Shown here: positions 9,357-18,776 of the stretch, piece by piece
How positions within the stretch are numbered: position 1 is the stretch's first letter
Layout: each line of letters starts with the position of its first letter
NCBI GenBank assembly: GCA_040394295.1
Contig: JBEBSN010000001.1
Location: forward strand, 12,443 to 76,442
From: Microbacterium sp.
Lineage (GTDB): Bacteria; Actinomycetota; Actinomycetes; Actinomycetales; Microbacteriaceae
Reading direction: 5' to 3'
DNA: 64,000 bases
The notes under the pieces: model-generated
Told to the model about the DNA's origin: nothing
The model's database searches: none
Seen by the model: only the letters and a program-made list of their open reading frames with translations
Position numbers and translations under genes: made by a program

Positions 9357-10415
9357 ATGAGCATCAATCTCGGATATTGGACCCCCGTCTACGGCGGTTT
9401 TCTGCGCAACGTCACAGACGAGGGCCGGATGGCTGCCACCTGGGAGCACATCAGGGACGTCTCGGTGAAAGCTGACCGACTCGGCTTCCACACCACACTC
9501 GTCCCGGAGCTCTACCTCAACGATCGCAAGGGCATCGAGGCGCCGAGCCTTGAAGCGTGGTCGCTGACGGCAGCGATCCTGGCCGTCACCGAGCACCTCC
9601 GCGTGATGACGGCCGTGCGTCCCGGCTTTCATCTGCCTGCGGTGCTGGCGAAGACGGTCAGCACGCTGGACAGCATCGCCCCCGGCCGTATCGCGCTGAA
9701 CGTCGTCGCCGCCTGGTGGGCAGAGGAAGCACGGCAGTTCGGCGGAAACTTTCCTGCCCACGACGCGCGCTACACGCAGGCGAAGGAGTTCGTCGACGTG
9801 TTGAACGGACTCTGGGTGCACACGCCTTTCGCGTTCGCCGGTGACCACTACGAACTTGACGGAACGATCGTCGAGCCGAAGCCCTCGGCTCATCCGGTCG
9901 TCTTCGCCGGCGGCGAGAGCGAAGCCGGCCGCGAAGCGATCGCCGACTTCGCCGACGCGTATGTCATGCACGGGGGCACACTCGAGGAGGTGCGCCGCAA
10001 CGTCGCCGACATGAATGTTCGCTCTGAACGGCTGCACGGGCGCTCGATCGCCGAGTTCGGCATGCCTGCGTACGTGATCGTTCGAGACACCGAAGCCGAG
10101 GCGCAGCGAGAGATCGACCGCATCACCACCGTCGACCCCTCCTCCCCCGGCTACGCCTCCTTCGAAGAGTTCCGCAACAACTCGAAGCTGGCTCTGGATG
10201 TGACCAAGCGCGAGTACTCCGTCGGCACCAGAGGGCTGCGCCCGAATCTCGTCGGCACTGCCGAGCAGGTCGCAGATCGCATCAACGACTACGCCGAGGC
10301 CGGTATCACGCTGCTGCTCATCCAGGCGTCTCCGCTCGACGACGAACTCGAGCGGATCGCCGAGCAGGTGTTCCCGCTGGTCCCGCAGGAGGCACTCTCA
10401 TCTGCTCTACGCTGA
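9357..10415 (+). CDS. LLM-class flavin-dependent monooxygenase (SfnG/SsuD-like)
   Basis: YWTPVYGG, MTAVRPG, LNVVAAWWAEE, FAGGESEAG, LVGTAEQVA. Confidence 0.85.
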   Translation: MSINLGYWTPVYGGFLRNVTDEGRMAATWEHIRDVSVKADRLGFHTTLVPELYLNDRKGIEAPSLEAWSLTAAILAVTEHLRVMTAVRPGFHLPAVLAKTVSTLDSIAPGRIALNVVAAWWAEEARQFGGNFPAHDARYTQAKEFVDVLNGLWVHTPFAFAGDHYELDGTIVEPKPSAHPVVFAGGESEAGREAIADFADAYVMHGGTLEEVRRNVADMNVRSERLHGRSIAEFGMPAYVIVRDTEAEAQREIDRITTVDPSSPGYASFEEFRNNSKLALDVTKREYSVGTRGLRPNLVGTAEQVADRINDYAEAGITLLLIQASPLDDELERIAEQVFPLVPQEALSSALR

Positions 10416-10419
10416 GAGG

Positions 10420-11415
10420 ATGACTGGTCTTCGCTGGGGAATCCTCGCCACTGGTGGCATCGCCACCGCCTTCGCCTCTGATCTGCGCACTGCAGGTCTC
10501 GATCTTGTCGCTGTGGGCTCGCGCTCGCAGGCGTCCGCTGATGCATTTGCAGCGAACTTCGACATACCTCACGCGCACGGCTCTTACGAGGCGCTGGTCA
10601 CGGATCCCGATGTCGACATCATCTACGTCTCCACACCTCATCCGATGCACCATTCGGGTGCGAAACTCGCGTTGGAGCACGGCAAGCACGTGCTCGTAGA
10701 GAAAGCGTTCACACTCAACCGCGCCGAGGCCGAGGACATCCAGCGGATCGCGAGCGAACGCGGACTGCTGGCGATGGAGGCGATGTGGACGCGCTATCTG
10801 CCGCACATGGTACGTGTGCGCGAGCTCGTCGATTCCGGCGTGCTCGGCGAGATCCGCGCCGTCAGCGCTGACCACACGCAGTTGCTCCCGTCCGATCCTC
10901 TGCACCGGCTCAACGCCCTCGAACTGGGCGGCGGAGCTCTCCTCGATCTCGGCATCTATCCCATCTCGTTCGTCTGGGACATCCTCGGCGCACCGAGCAC
11001 GATCACCGCCACGGCACGCCTCGGCGAGACGGGCGCCGATGCCGAGGTCGCCACGATGATGACCCACGACGCCGGCGCGGTCTCGACGACCCTTTCATCC
11101 TCGCGTGCTGCCGGTCCGAACACCGCGACGATCATCGGAACGAAAGCAAGGATCGACATCGACCGCGTCTGGTACACCCCCACGTCGTTCCGAGTCGTCG
11201 CACCCGATTCCACCGTGCAGGAAGAGTACACATCGAAGGTCGAAGGCCGGGGCATGCAGTATCAGGCACTGGCCGCGGAACGCCTCGTGCACGACGGAAT
11301 CCTCGAGGGTGACATCCTGCCGCTGGCGGAGAGCGTCGCGATCATGGGCACGCTCGACGAGATTCGCACTCAGATCGGCGTCCGCTACCCCAGTGAGGAG
11401 CTCACGAATGGCTGA
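10420..11415 (+). CDS. Gfo/Idh/MocA family oxidoreductase
   Basis: WGILATGGIA, GKHVLVEKAF, EAMWTR, GGGALLDLGIY. Confidence 0.9.
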   Translation: MTGLRWGILATGGIATAFASDLRTAGLDLVAVGSRSQASADAFAANFDIPHAHGSYEALVTDPDVDIIYVSTPHPMHHSGAKLALEHGKHVLVEKAFTLNRAEAEDIQRIASERGLLAMEAMWTRYLPHMVRVRELVDSGVLGEIRAVSADHTQLLPSDPLHRLNALELGGGALLDLGIYPISFVWDILGAPSTITATARLGETGADAEVATMMTHDAGAVSTTLSSSRAAGPNTATIIGTKARIDIDRVWYTPTSFRVVAPDSTVQEEYTSKVEGRGMQYQALAAERLVHDGILEGDILPLAESVAIMGTLDEIRTQIGVRYPSEELTNG

Positions 11416-12391
11416 CCCGCAGGACACCAGAGTCGCTGTCTACCTCGACTTCGACAACATCGTCATCAGCTGGTATGACCGCGTCCACGGCCGCAACGCC
11501 TACGGCAAAGATCGCCAGCGCATCTCTGAGAACCCGAGCGACCCTGAGGTCGGCGAACGACTCAAGAGCGCGATGATCGAAGTCGGCGCCATCATCGACT
11601 ATGCGGCGTCATTCGGAACTCTCGTCCTGACGCGCGCGTACGCGGACTGGTCCTCTCCCGTCAACGCCGTGTATCGGTCGCAGCTGGTCGCGCGCGCCGT
11701 CGATCTCGTGCAGCTGTTCCCTGCCGCGGCGTACGCGAAGAACGGCGCCGACATCCGTCTCGCCGTCGACGCGGTGGAAGACATGTTCCGCCTACCCGAT
11801 CTGACACACGTCGTGATCGTCGCAGGCGACAGCGACTATGTGCCGCTTGCGCAGCGCTGCAAGCGGCTCGGCCGCTACGTGATCGGCGTGGGCGTGGCGG
11901 GTTCCACTGCGAAATCGCTTGCGGCAGCCTGTGACGAATTCGAATCCTACGATTCTCTCCCCGGCGTTGTGCGTCCCGTTGCGAAACCCGCGGTCGCACC
12001 GGTGATCGCGGCTGCAGAGACAGCGGTGCAGGAGCCGGCATCGGATGCTGAATCTGGTGCCCCAGCGAAGAAGGCGGGCACGAGAACGCGTGCCAAGAAG
12101 CCTGCCAAGATCGTCGAGCCTGAACCGGCAGCGGTCGAGACTCCCACCACCGAACAAGATGAGGGAACCCTTCTCCTCGAGCGCGCTCTGCGTCTGGGCC
12201 ATGACAAGGCCGGCGCCGACGAATGGCTGCACAGTTCTGCGGTGAAGACCCATATGCGGCGGATGGATCCGTCCTTCAGCGAGAAGGCACTGGGATATCG
12301 GTCATTCTCCGATTTCCTGAAGTCTCGCGATGAGATCGCAGAACTTGAGGAGACAGGGCACGAGCGACTGGTTCGCCTGCGCGAACTTTAG
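11408..12391 (+). CDS. NYN (LabA/DUF88) domain protein with C-terminal OST-HTH/LOTUS domain
   Basis: VAVYLDFDN, RAYADW, KNGADIRLAVD, GDSDYVPL; Ala/Pro linker; DPSFSEKALGYRSFSDFL. Confidence 0.85.
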   Translation: MADPQDTRVAVYLDFDNIVISWYDRVHGRNAYGKDRQRISENPSDPEVGERLKSAMIEVGAIIDYAASFGTLVLTRAYADWSSPVNAVYRSQLVARAVDLVQLFPAAAYAKNGADIRLAVDAVEDMFRLPDLTHVVIVAGDSDYVPLAQRCKRLGRYVIGVGVAGSTAKSLAAACDEFESYDSLPGVVRPVAKPAVAPVIAAAETAVQEPASDAESGAPAKKAGTRTRAKKPAKIVEPEPAAVETPTTEQDEGTLLLERALRLGHDKAGADEWLHSSAVKTHMRRMDPSFSEKALGYRSFSDFLKSRDEIAELEETGHERLVRLREL

Positions 12392-13338
12392 ACTCGTGGC
12401 CCCGGCTGGTCAACGGGCGTGCTACGCGGGTCCAGATGCAGTCCTGCGATCATGCAGCGCACGGAGCCGCCGGCGAGTTCGATCGTCGGCACCGGCAGCG
12501 CAATGATCTCGCAGGTGCGTTCGATGACGGCACGCTGGTCATGTTCCAACGATGCGAGCGCACGCGTCGACAGCGCGAGGATGCGGCCTCGATCGCCTTG
12601 CAACTCGATCGCGTTGCCGGCGAATGAGGCGATCTGAGTCGCGGAGAGGTCGATGATCTCTCTGCGCCCCTGCGCGCTGATCCTGGCCGCCACCTCGTCG
12701 CGACGATGTCGATCGGCGATCAGGCTGAGCCCGACCATGGCGAAATCCGTGGCGATCGTCATCATCACGTTGGTGTGATAGATCGGCGCGCCTGTCTCGT
12801 CCACAGCATCCATGACCATCGGCTCGTAGCCGAACATGGTGCAGAACCGCTCCAGCAGCACCGGATTCGCTCGGCGCGACCGCGACACGTAGACGAGACG
12901 GAACTCGTGATCGATGACCATCGCTCCCGTGCCTTCGAGAAAGAGACCGTCCGGCTCCATGCCCGAATAGTCGACGACCTGTTGCACCCGATACTCGGTC
13001 TTCATCATCTCGACGATGTCGGCGCGACGCTCCGTCCGGCGGTTCGGGGCATACATCGGGAAGAGCGCGACATGTCCGCCGGCGTGCGTCGAGAACCAGT
13101 TGTTCGGAAAGACGCTGTCCGGCCGGTCCTGGTCGGTGTCGTCGAACAGGTGCACCCTGACTCCAGCGTCGGCGAGAACTCGCGCGGCGTGCGTGACTTC
13201 GTCGTGCGCCGCACGCGCGATCTCGTCACGTGCGAGCTCCGGCAGCGACTGGAAGGCGTTGTCCGCCGCTGTCTCTGGGTTCGGTATGAACCGCTGCGGC
13301 CGCACCATGACGACCGCGTGCGGCGCCTGGACCGACAC
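12388..13338 (-). CDS. ctlX: Amidinotransferase-superfamily hydrolase (citrulline-utilisation CtlX-like)
   Basis: VMVRP..F.PNPETAADNAFQ, PDSVFPNNWFS, LEGTGAM, YHTNVMM, GGSVRCM catalytic Cys; GTG right after the ocd stop. Confidence 0.75.
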   Translation of the reverse strand: MSVQAPHAVVMVRPQRFIPNPETAADNAFQSLPELARDEIARAAHDEVTHAARVLADAGVRVHLFDDTDQDRPDSVFPNNWFSTHAGGHVALFPMYAPNRRTERRADIVEMMKTEYRVQQVVDYSGMEPDGLFLEGTGAMVIDHEFRLVYVSRSRRANPVLLERFCTMFGYEPMVMDAVDETGAPIYHTNVMMTIATDFAMVGLSLIADRHRRDEVAARISAQGRREIIDLSATQIASFAGNAIELQGDRGRILALSTRALASLEHDQRAVIERTCEIIALPVPTIELAGGSVRCMIAGLHLDPRSTPVDQPGPRV

Positions 13339-13339
13339 C

Positions 13340-14368
13340 TCAGCCGACCGGGGAGAATGCGCCGACCATGCCGAACAGGTCCTTGGGATCGTCCGGCGAA
13401 GCGACGAGGTCGATCTCGCTCTCGTAGTCCGTTCCCGCGACCTGATCTCGCAGATAGCGCAGGGCGGAGAAGTCCTCGATCGCGAATCCGACCGAGTCGA
13501 AAAGGGTGATGTCCGCAGCGGCCGTGCGCCCGCGCTTGCGCCCGAGAAGCACCTCCCACAGTTCGGTGACCTCAAAGCCCTCCGGCTGATGCTGGATCTC
13601 GCCTTCGATGCGTGTCTGCGGCGTGTACTCGACGAAGACCTCGGCGCGATCGAGGATCGCAGGGTCGAGTTCGGTCTTCCCCGGGCAATCGCCCCCGATC
13701 GCGTTCAGATGCATCCCCGCGCTCACGTCCGCGTCGTGCAGCACGGTCGCGAGCTGCTTGTCGGCCGTGCAGGTGGTGACGATGTCCGCCCCTCGCACCG
13801 CCTCACCGGCGTCCGCAGCGACCTCGATCGCGAATCCGAGAGGTTTCAGATTGCGCACGAACTTGGCGACGGCATCCGGATCCACGTCGTAGACACGCAG
13901 TTCGTCAATGCCGAGCGTGTGGCGCATCGCGAGCGCCTGGAACTCCGCCTGGCTACCTGTTCCGATCATCGCCATGACACGTGAATCCCCGCGTGCGAGG
14001 GTGCGCGCGGCGAGCGCCGACGTCGCCGCGGTGCGCAATGCGGTGAGCAGAGTCATCTCTGCGAGGAAGGTCGGGTATCCGTTGTGCACATCAGCGAGCA
14101 CACCGAACGCGGTGACGGTCTGAAACCCGCGCAGAGGATTGGAGGGGTGGCCGTTGACGTATTTGAACCCGTACGTCTCGTGATCGCTCGTGGGCATGAG
14201 CTCGATCACTCCGAAGGGTGTGTGGCTGGCCACCCGAGGGCTCTTGTCGAACTCCTCCCAGCGTCGGAAGTCCGCGTCGAGATACTCGACCAGTCCTGCG
14301 ATGCAGCGTTGCGGCCCTTGCTCTGATATCCAGCGAGCCATGTTTCGCACATCGACCAAACGAGTCAT
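13340..14368 (-). CDS. ocd: Ornithine cyclodeaminase
   Basis: GVIELMP, FKYVNGHP, LTALRTAA, GGDCPGKTEL, FDSVGFAIED; RBS GAAAGG before ATG 14368. Confidence 0.9.
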   Translation of the reverse strand: MTRLVDVRNMARWISEQGPQRCIAGLVEYLDADFRRWEEFDKSPRVASHTPFGVIELMPTSDHETYGFKYVNGHPSNPLRGFQTVTAFGVLADVHNGYPTFLAEMTLLTALRTAATSALAARTLARGDSRVMAMIGTGSQAEFQALAMRHTLGIDELRVYDVDPDAVAKFVRNLKPLGFAIEVAADAGEAVRGADIVTTCTADKQLATVLHDADVSAGMHLNAIGGDCPGKTELDPAILDRAEVFVEYTPQTRIEGEIQHQPEGFEVTELWEVLLGRKRGRTAAADITLFDSVGFAIEDFSALRYLRDQVAGTDYESEIDLVASPDDPKDLFGMVGAFSPVG

Positions 14369-14493
14369 GGTGTTCCTTTCGCGTACGTCTTCACTCACGC
14401 TATGACCTGTCGATGTGCAACCTCAATGCGCACGTTGCCGAACGATCGATTGAGAAACTCACACACTGTGCACCTTGACCGTACAATGTGTAC

Positions 14494-14925
14494 ATGAAAC
14501 AGCTCGATGAGCTCGATCGACGCCTGCTGGCGGCACTCCGACAGGACGGTAGGGCATCCAGCGCTGCGCTGGCGCGGATGCTGGATGTGTCTCGTGCGAC
14601 CGTCTCTGCACGCATCGAGCGGCTGCAGGAGAACGGCACGATCATCGGCTTCACCGCTCGTGTGCGGGATGAGTCAGACCCTCTGACGCTCCAGGCGATC
14701 GCGCTGATCGAGGTCGAGGGTCGGACCACGGATACCGTCATCAGGCGCCTGCGCGGCATCCCCGAGATCATCGCGCTGCACACCACCAACGGCGGCTGGG
14801 ATCTCGTCGCTCAGCTGCGCACCGAATCTCTCGGCGACTTCGATCGCTTGCTCGGGCTGATCCGCTCCATCGAGGGAGTGCAGAACTCACAGACCAGCCT
14901 GCTGCTGTCTAGCGTGCTTCGCTGA
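14494..14925 (+). CDS. Lrp/AsnC family transcriptional regulator
   Basis: LDELDRRLLAALRQDGR HTH, HTTNGGWDL; divergent from ocd; TACAAT 6 nt before ATG. Confidence 0.9.
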   Translation: MKQLDELDRRLLAALRQDGRASSAALARMLDVSRATVSARIERLQENGTIIGFTARVRDESDPLTLQAIALIEVEGRTTDTVIRRLRGIPEIIALHTTNGGWDLVAQLRTESLGDFDRLLGLIRSIEGVQNSQTSLLLSSVLR

Positions 14926-14950
14926 GCCAAGGGGCGGATAGGGTCGTAGC

Positions 14951-15568
14951 GTGCAGCCCGACTCACCCTCTCCATACGCTCAGGCTCTCGGCGTGCGCCT
15001 CGATGAACTGCATCCCCGACTGCGCGACTATTTCAGCGCGCTCCCCGAGGGGCACATCGGCATAGGCGAAGGCACCTTCAGCCGCGTTGGCACGCCTCGC
15101 CGCTGGCTGTGGCCGCTGCTGCGGCCGCTGCACGATCGCGGTGTGATCTACGCGGGGTGGCAGCTGAGTGTGCCTTTTCGCATCACAAACCGACTCATCG
15201 CCGGTCGTGCTGTCAGCGAACGCGAGTTCCTGTTGCCAGGTGAATCGTGGGCGATGCGCGACGCCGTCTCATTGAACGCCCACGGACGGCTCGTCGATGA
15301 ACTCGGCGGCTCTGGGGTCGTCGCGGCAAGTTTCGAGATCGTCGTCGACGACGGCGCTCTCTGGTTGATCAGCCATGCCATCGGGCTCCGGTGGAGGCGC
15401 CTGCGCTTTCGTGTGCCGCGGCTTCTGGCACCGGTCGTGAAGCTGACCGAGAGCTTCGACGACGCCGTCGATCGCCAGCGGGTATCCGTCACGATCGATG
15501 TACCGCTGCTCGGCCGCGTCTACGAGTACTCCGGCGATTTCAGCTACCGCATCGAGAAAGCATCATGA
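14951..15568 (+). CDS. DUF4166 domain protein
   Basis: SPY..ALG...LHPRL..YF N-terminus and LGRVYEYSGDF C-terminus; coupled to TIGR01777-like gene. Confidence 0.7.
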   Translation: MQPDSPSPYAQALGVRLDELHPRLRDYFSALPEGHIGIGEGTFSRVGTPRRWLWPLLRPLHDRGVIYAGWQLSVPFRITNRLIAGRAVSEREFLLPGESWAMRDAVSLNAHGRLVDELGGSGVVAASFEIVVDDGALWLISHAIGLRWRRLRFRVPRLLAPVVKLTESFDDAVDRQRVSVTIDVPLLGRVYEYSGDFSYRIEKAS

Positions 15569-16533
15569 GCATCGGTCGAGTGGTGATCGGTGGGTCATCC
15601 GGCTTCATGGGTCAGCACCTGCAGCGCAAATATCGCGACGAGGAACGCGAGGTCGTCACGATCTCGCGCTCCGGCGCCGATCTGCGATGGGGAGACCAGC
15701 AGGGAATCGGCGACGCCGTCGACGGCGCCGCTCTCGTGATAGGACTCGCCGGCAAGAGCGTGAACTGCCGGTACACGCCCGCGCATCGTGCCGAGATCCT
15801 GCGCTCGCGGCTCGACACCACAGCATCGCTCAGCTCGGCCATAGCGACAGCGAAGAATCCACCGGCACTGTGGATCAATTCGTCGACCGCGACGATCTAT
15901 CGGCACGCGATGGATCGTCCGATGACCGAATCGTCGGGTGAGCTTGGCCGCGGATTCTCCGTCGAGGTCGCGAAAGCGTGGGAGCACGCCCTGTTCGCCG
16001 AGAATCTTCCTCGCACCCGGCGGGTGGCACTGCGGAGCACGATCGTGCTCGGTGACGGCGGCGTACTCACGCCGCTGAAGCGGCTCGCCAGAATCGGTCT
16101 CGGCGGCGCCCAGTACGACGGCTGGTGGCCCGTGTCTGCGGCCCGGCGTGCCGCAGGAACAGGGCACCTACCCGGCGCGAAACGCGCAACTCAGAAGTTC
16201 AGCTGGGTGCACATCGAGGATGTGGGTCGCATCATCGATTTCCTCGAGGCACACCCCGAACTGGAGGGAGCCGTCAACGCCGCGGCACCCTACCCCGTCG
16301 ACAACAACATCTTCATGGCGACCGTGCGCCGAGTTCTGGGCGTGCGTTTCGGACCCGCGATGCCGAGATGGATGCTCGAGCTCGGGGCCATCGGCATCCG
16401 CACCGAGACTGAGCTGATCCTCAAGAGCCGGTGGGTGCTACCGGAGAAACTCGCAGCCGCCGGGTTCGAGTTCATCCATCCCACATTGGAACCTGCCATC
16501 CGGGAGTCGTTCAGCGTACCCGGGGCTCAGTAG
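15565..16533 (+). CDS. TIGR01777/YfcH-type NAD-dependent epimerase with DUF1731
   Basis: GGSSGFMG, LAGKSVNCRY, SSTATIY, FSWVHIED, LKSRWVLP. Confidence 0.85.
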   Translation: MSIGRVVIGGSSGFMGQHLQRKYRDEEREVVTISRSGADLRWGDQQGIGDAVDGAALVIGLAGKSVNCRYTPAHRAEILRSRLDTTASLSSAIATAKNPPALWINSSTATIYRHAMDRPMTESSGELGRGFSVEVAKAWEHALFAENLPRTRRVALRSTIVLGDGGVLTPLKRLARIGLGGAQYDGWWPVSAARRAAGTGHLPGAKRATQKFSWVHIEDVGRIIDFLEAHPELEGAVNAAAPYPVDNNIFMATVRRVLGVRFGPAMPRWMLELGAIGIRTETELILKSRWVLPEKLAAAGFEFIHPTLEPAIRESFSVPGAQ

Positions 16534-17105
16534 CCGACAGAAGCGGCACGCGGCGGCGAAGTCAGATAGCTCTGGGGCGAGTCTGCTTCCGTGAGCGCGG
16601 AGAGAAAGCGGATCACGATCTCCCGCTCCGCAGGACTCATCGATGCCGCCGCCGACAATCTCCGAGCGTGCTGACGACCGATAGTGTTCTGCGCCGAGTT
16701 CGCCGTGGAGTCAGTGACTTCTATGCACATCGTGCGGCGATCACTCGGGTGCGGCACGCGAACGATGTGCCCGCCCTCGACGAGGCGGTCGACGAGCTTC
16801 GTGGTCGAGGCGCTTGAGATTCCGACTTCCTGTGCGATGTCCTTCGGCGTGACGATCGCGTTCTGCTTCTGGGCGCGGATCAGCAGTCGTATCGCACGCA
16901 TGTCGCTCTCGTTGAGCTTCATGTAGCGGCGCGACGCCTCGGAGAGCGAGCGTGATGCTTCCTGCCACTCGTGCAAGGACTGCATCACTCTGATGCACTG
17001 CTCAAGGTCACTTTCGCTCAGACCCGCGCGTCCGGGAAAATCGGAATCGCTGGAGAAGTAGCGCATGGACGTATCCTGCGTAACAGATCGCGGCGATTTC
17101 GGCAC
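16527..17105 (-). CDS. MarR family regulator divergent from crt operon (CrtR-like)
   Basis: MKLNESDMRAIR, ISSASTTKLVDRL, PHPSDRR winged helix; TATGCT 6 nt before GTG. Confidence 0.85.
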   Translation of the reverse strand: MPKSPRSVTQDTSMRYFSSDSDFPGRAGLSESDLEQCIRVMQSLHEWQEASRSLSEASRRYMKLNESDMRAIRLLIRAQKQNAIVTPKDIAQEVGISSASTTKLVDRLVEGGHIVRVPHPSDRRTMCIEVTDSTANSAQNTIGRQHARRLSAAASMSPAEREIVIRFLSALTEADSPQSYLTSPPRAASVGY

Positions 17106-17158
17106 GCTGACAGCATACTCTTTAATATGCTAAGTTGAACTCTCGCCTGGCTAACGAA
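17106..17158. promoter_or_regulatory. Compact divergent marR/idi promoter region with inverted TATGCT boxes
   Basis: AGCATA(17112-17117)-ctctttaa-TATGCT(17126-17131): each half reads as a TANNNT -10 on its own strand. Confidence 0.55.
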
Positions 17159-17170
17159 ATGAGGAACGCG

Positions 17171-17719
17171 GTGGAAATGGTTGTTCTCGTCGACGGCGAA
17201 GGCTCCCCTGTCGGCGTGCATGACAAAGCCAGCGTCCACGGCACCTCCACACCGCGCCATCTCGCATTCTCCTGTCACGTGGTCGACGAGGAAGGGAGGC
17301 TTCTCGTCACGCGACGATCCCTCTCCAAGACGACATGGCCGGGAGTATGGACCAACTCCTTCTGCGGTCACCCCGCTCCCGGAGAGAGTCTCGAAGCTGC
17401 GGTGCGGCGCAGGGCAGAGTTCGAGCTCGGCCTCGCGATCGATGACATCGCGTGCGCACTCCCCGATTTTGGGTACTCCGCTCGCGACGCCTCAGGAATC
17501 GAAGAGAACGAGTTCTGCCCTGTCTTCATCGCTCGGGCAGCTTCACCGCTGAATGCCAACGCGAACGAGGTCTCAGAGACCCGTTGGACGACCGTGACTG
17601 CTCTGTCCCAGGCCACTCAGCTGACCCCCTGGGCGTTCAGCCCATGGCTTGTGGAGCACTTTCCTGCACTGGTTCCGCATTTCGCTCGAGCGGGTGCCGA
17701 ATCGAGGAACGATGTCTGA
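17171..17719 (+). CDS. idi: Isopentenyl-diphosphate delta-isomerase type 1
   Basis: HLAFSC, WPGVWTNSFCGHP, ENEFCPVF; start may be 17159, 17171 or 17177. Confidence 0.92.
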   Translation: MEMVVLVDGEGSPVGVHDKASVHGTSTPRHLAFSCHVVDEEGRLLVTRRSLSKTTWPGVWTNSFCGHPAPGESLEAAVRRRAEFELGLAIDDIACALPDFGYSARDASGIEENEFCPVFIARAASPLNANANEVSETRWTTVTALSQATQLTPWAFSPWLVEHFPALVPHFARAGAESRNDV

Positions 17720-18776
17720 CCCCCACGTCCGGATCACTGACGCCGGAATGACGTTTGAAAGCAGGCTCGCGGACGTGATCGCGGATGCTCGCAAGCGCGC
17801 GCAGCGCTTCAGCAGCTCCTACGCACAGCTCTGGGAATCGCTCGAGCACATGGCCACGGGCGGAAAGAAGATCAGGCCGCGAATGCTGATCGACGCGTAT
17901 GAGGCTCTGGGAGGCGTCGACGAGCGATCCGCAATCGAGGCGGCGTGTGCCATAGAGCTCCTTCACATGACGCTCGTCATTCACGACGACGTGATCGACA
18001 AAGATCTGATGCGCCGCGGAGAGATGAACATCAGCGGCAGATTCGCCTCGGAAGCGATGCTGCAGGGAATCCCTCGACGCGACGCACACTCCTGGGGCGA
18101 GGCATCATCGATCCTCGCAGGCGACCTCACGCTGACCATGGCGCATTCCCTGCTGGCGCGCCTCGAAGTTCAAGAGAGCACCCGACGCGCCATTCTCGAT
18201 GTCTTCGATGAGACGGTGTTCGAGAGCGCTGCCGGGGAACACCATGACGTCTGGCTCAGCATGCATCTGCAGAACGCGAGTCCCGACGACGTACTGACGA
18301 TGATCGAGCAGAAGACGGCCGTCTACTCGTTCCAGGCTCCTCTCCTCTTCGCCGCCATCCTGGCCGGCGCTGCGCCGAGCCTGGTCGACGAGCTCCGAGT
18401 CATATCTCGTGCAATCGGCGTGATCTATCAGCTACGCGACGACGTGCTCGGGCTCTTCGGCGATGAGCGGAACACGGGCAAGTCCACGCTGAGCGATCTG
18501 CGGGAAGGGAAGGAAACTCTTCTCATCGCCTATGCGCGCGCCGATGCGTCATGGTCAGAGGTCGCGCCCTTCTTCGGCGACAGCTCGCTCACGAGCGCTG
18601 AAGCCGATCAGCTGAGGCGCGTCATCGAAGAATCAGGCGCCCGCGTGTTCGTGGAATCCCTCATCACCGAGCGCTGCCAGCAGGCGCACCAACTGATCAG
18701 CGACGCGGCGTTGCCGCCGGGGCTGAGAGAGCAGTTGAACACTCTGACCGCAGCATGCAACCTTCGCGCCTCATGA
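17712..18776 (+). CDS. crtE: Geranylgeranyl diphosphate synthase
   Basis: GGKKIRP, HDDVID, KTAVYSF, QLRDDVLG, DLREGK. Confidence 0.9.
   Translation: MSDPHVRITDAGMTFESRLADVIADARKRAQRFSSSYAQLWESLEHMATGGKKIRPRMLIDAYEALGGVDERSAIEAACAIELLHMTLVIHDDVIDKDLMRRGEMNISGRFASEAMLQGIPRRDAHSWGEASSILAGDLTLTMAHSLLARLEVQESTRRAILDVFDETVFESAAGEHHDVWLSMHLQNASPDDVLTMIEQKTAVYSFQAPLLFAAILAGAAPSLVDELRVISRAIGVIYQLRDDVLGLFGDERNTGKSTLSDLREGKETLLIAYARADASWSEVAPFFGDSSLTSAEADQLRRVIEESGARVFVESLITERCQQAHQLISDAALPPGLREQLNTLTAACNLRAS

Noticed and set aside
11408-12391. NYN protein as a defence or toxin-antitoxin system
   Set aside because: No antitoxin or defence neighbours; the context is metabolic
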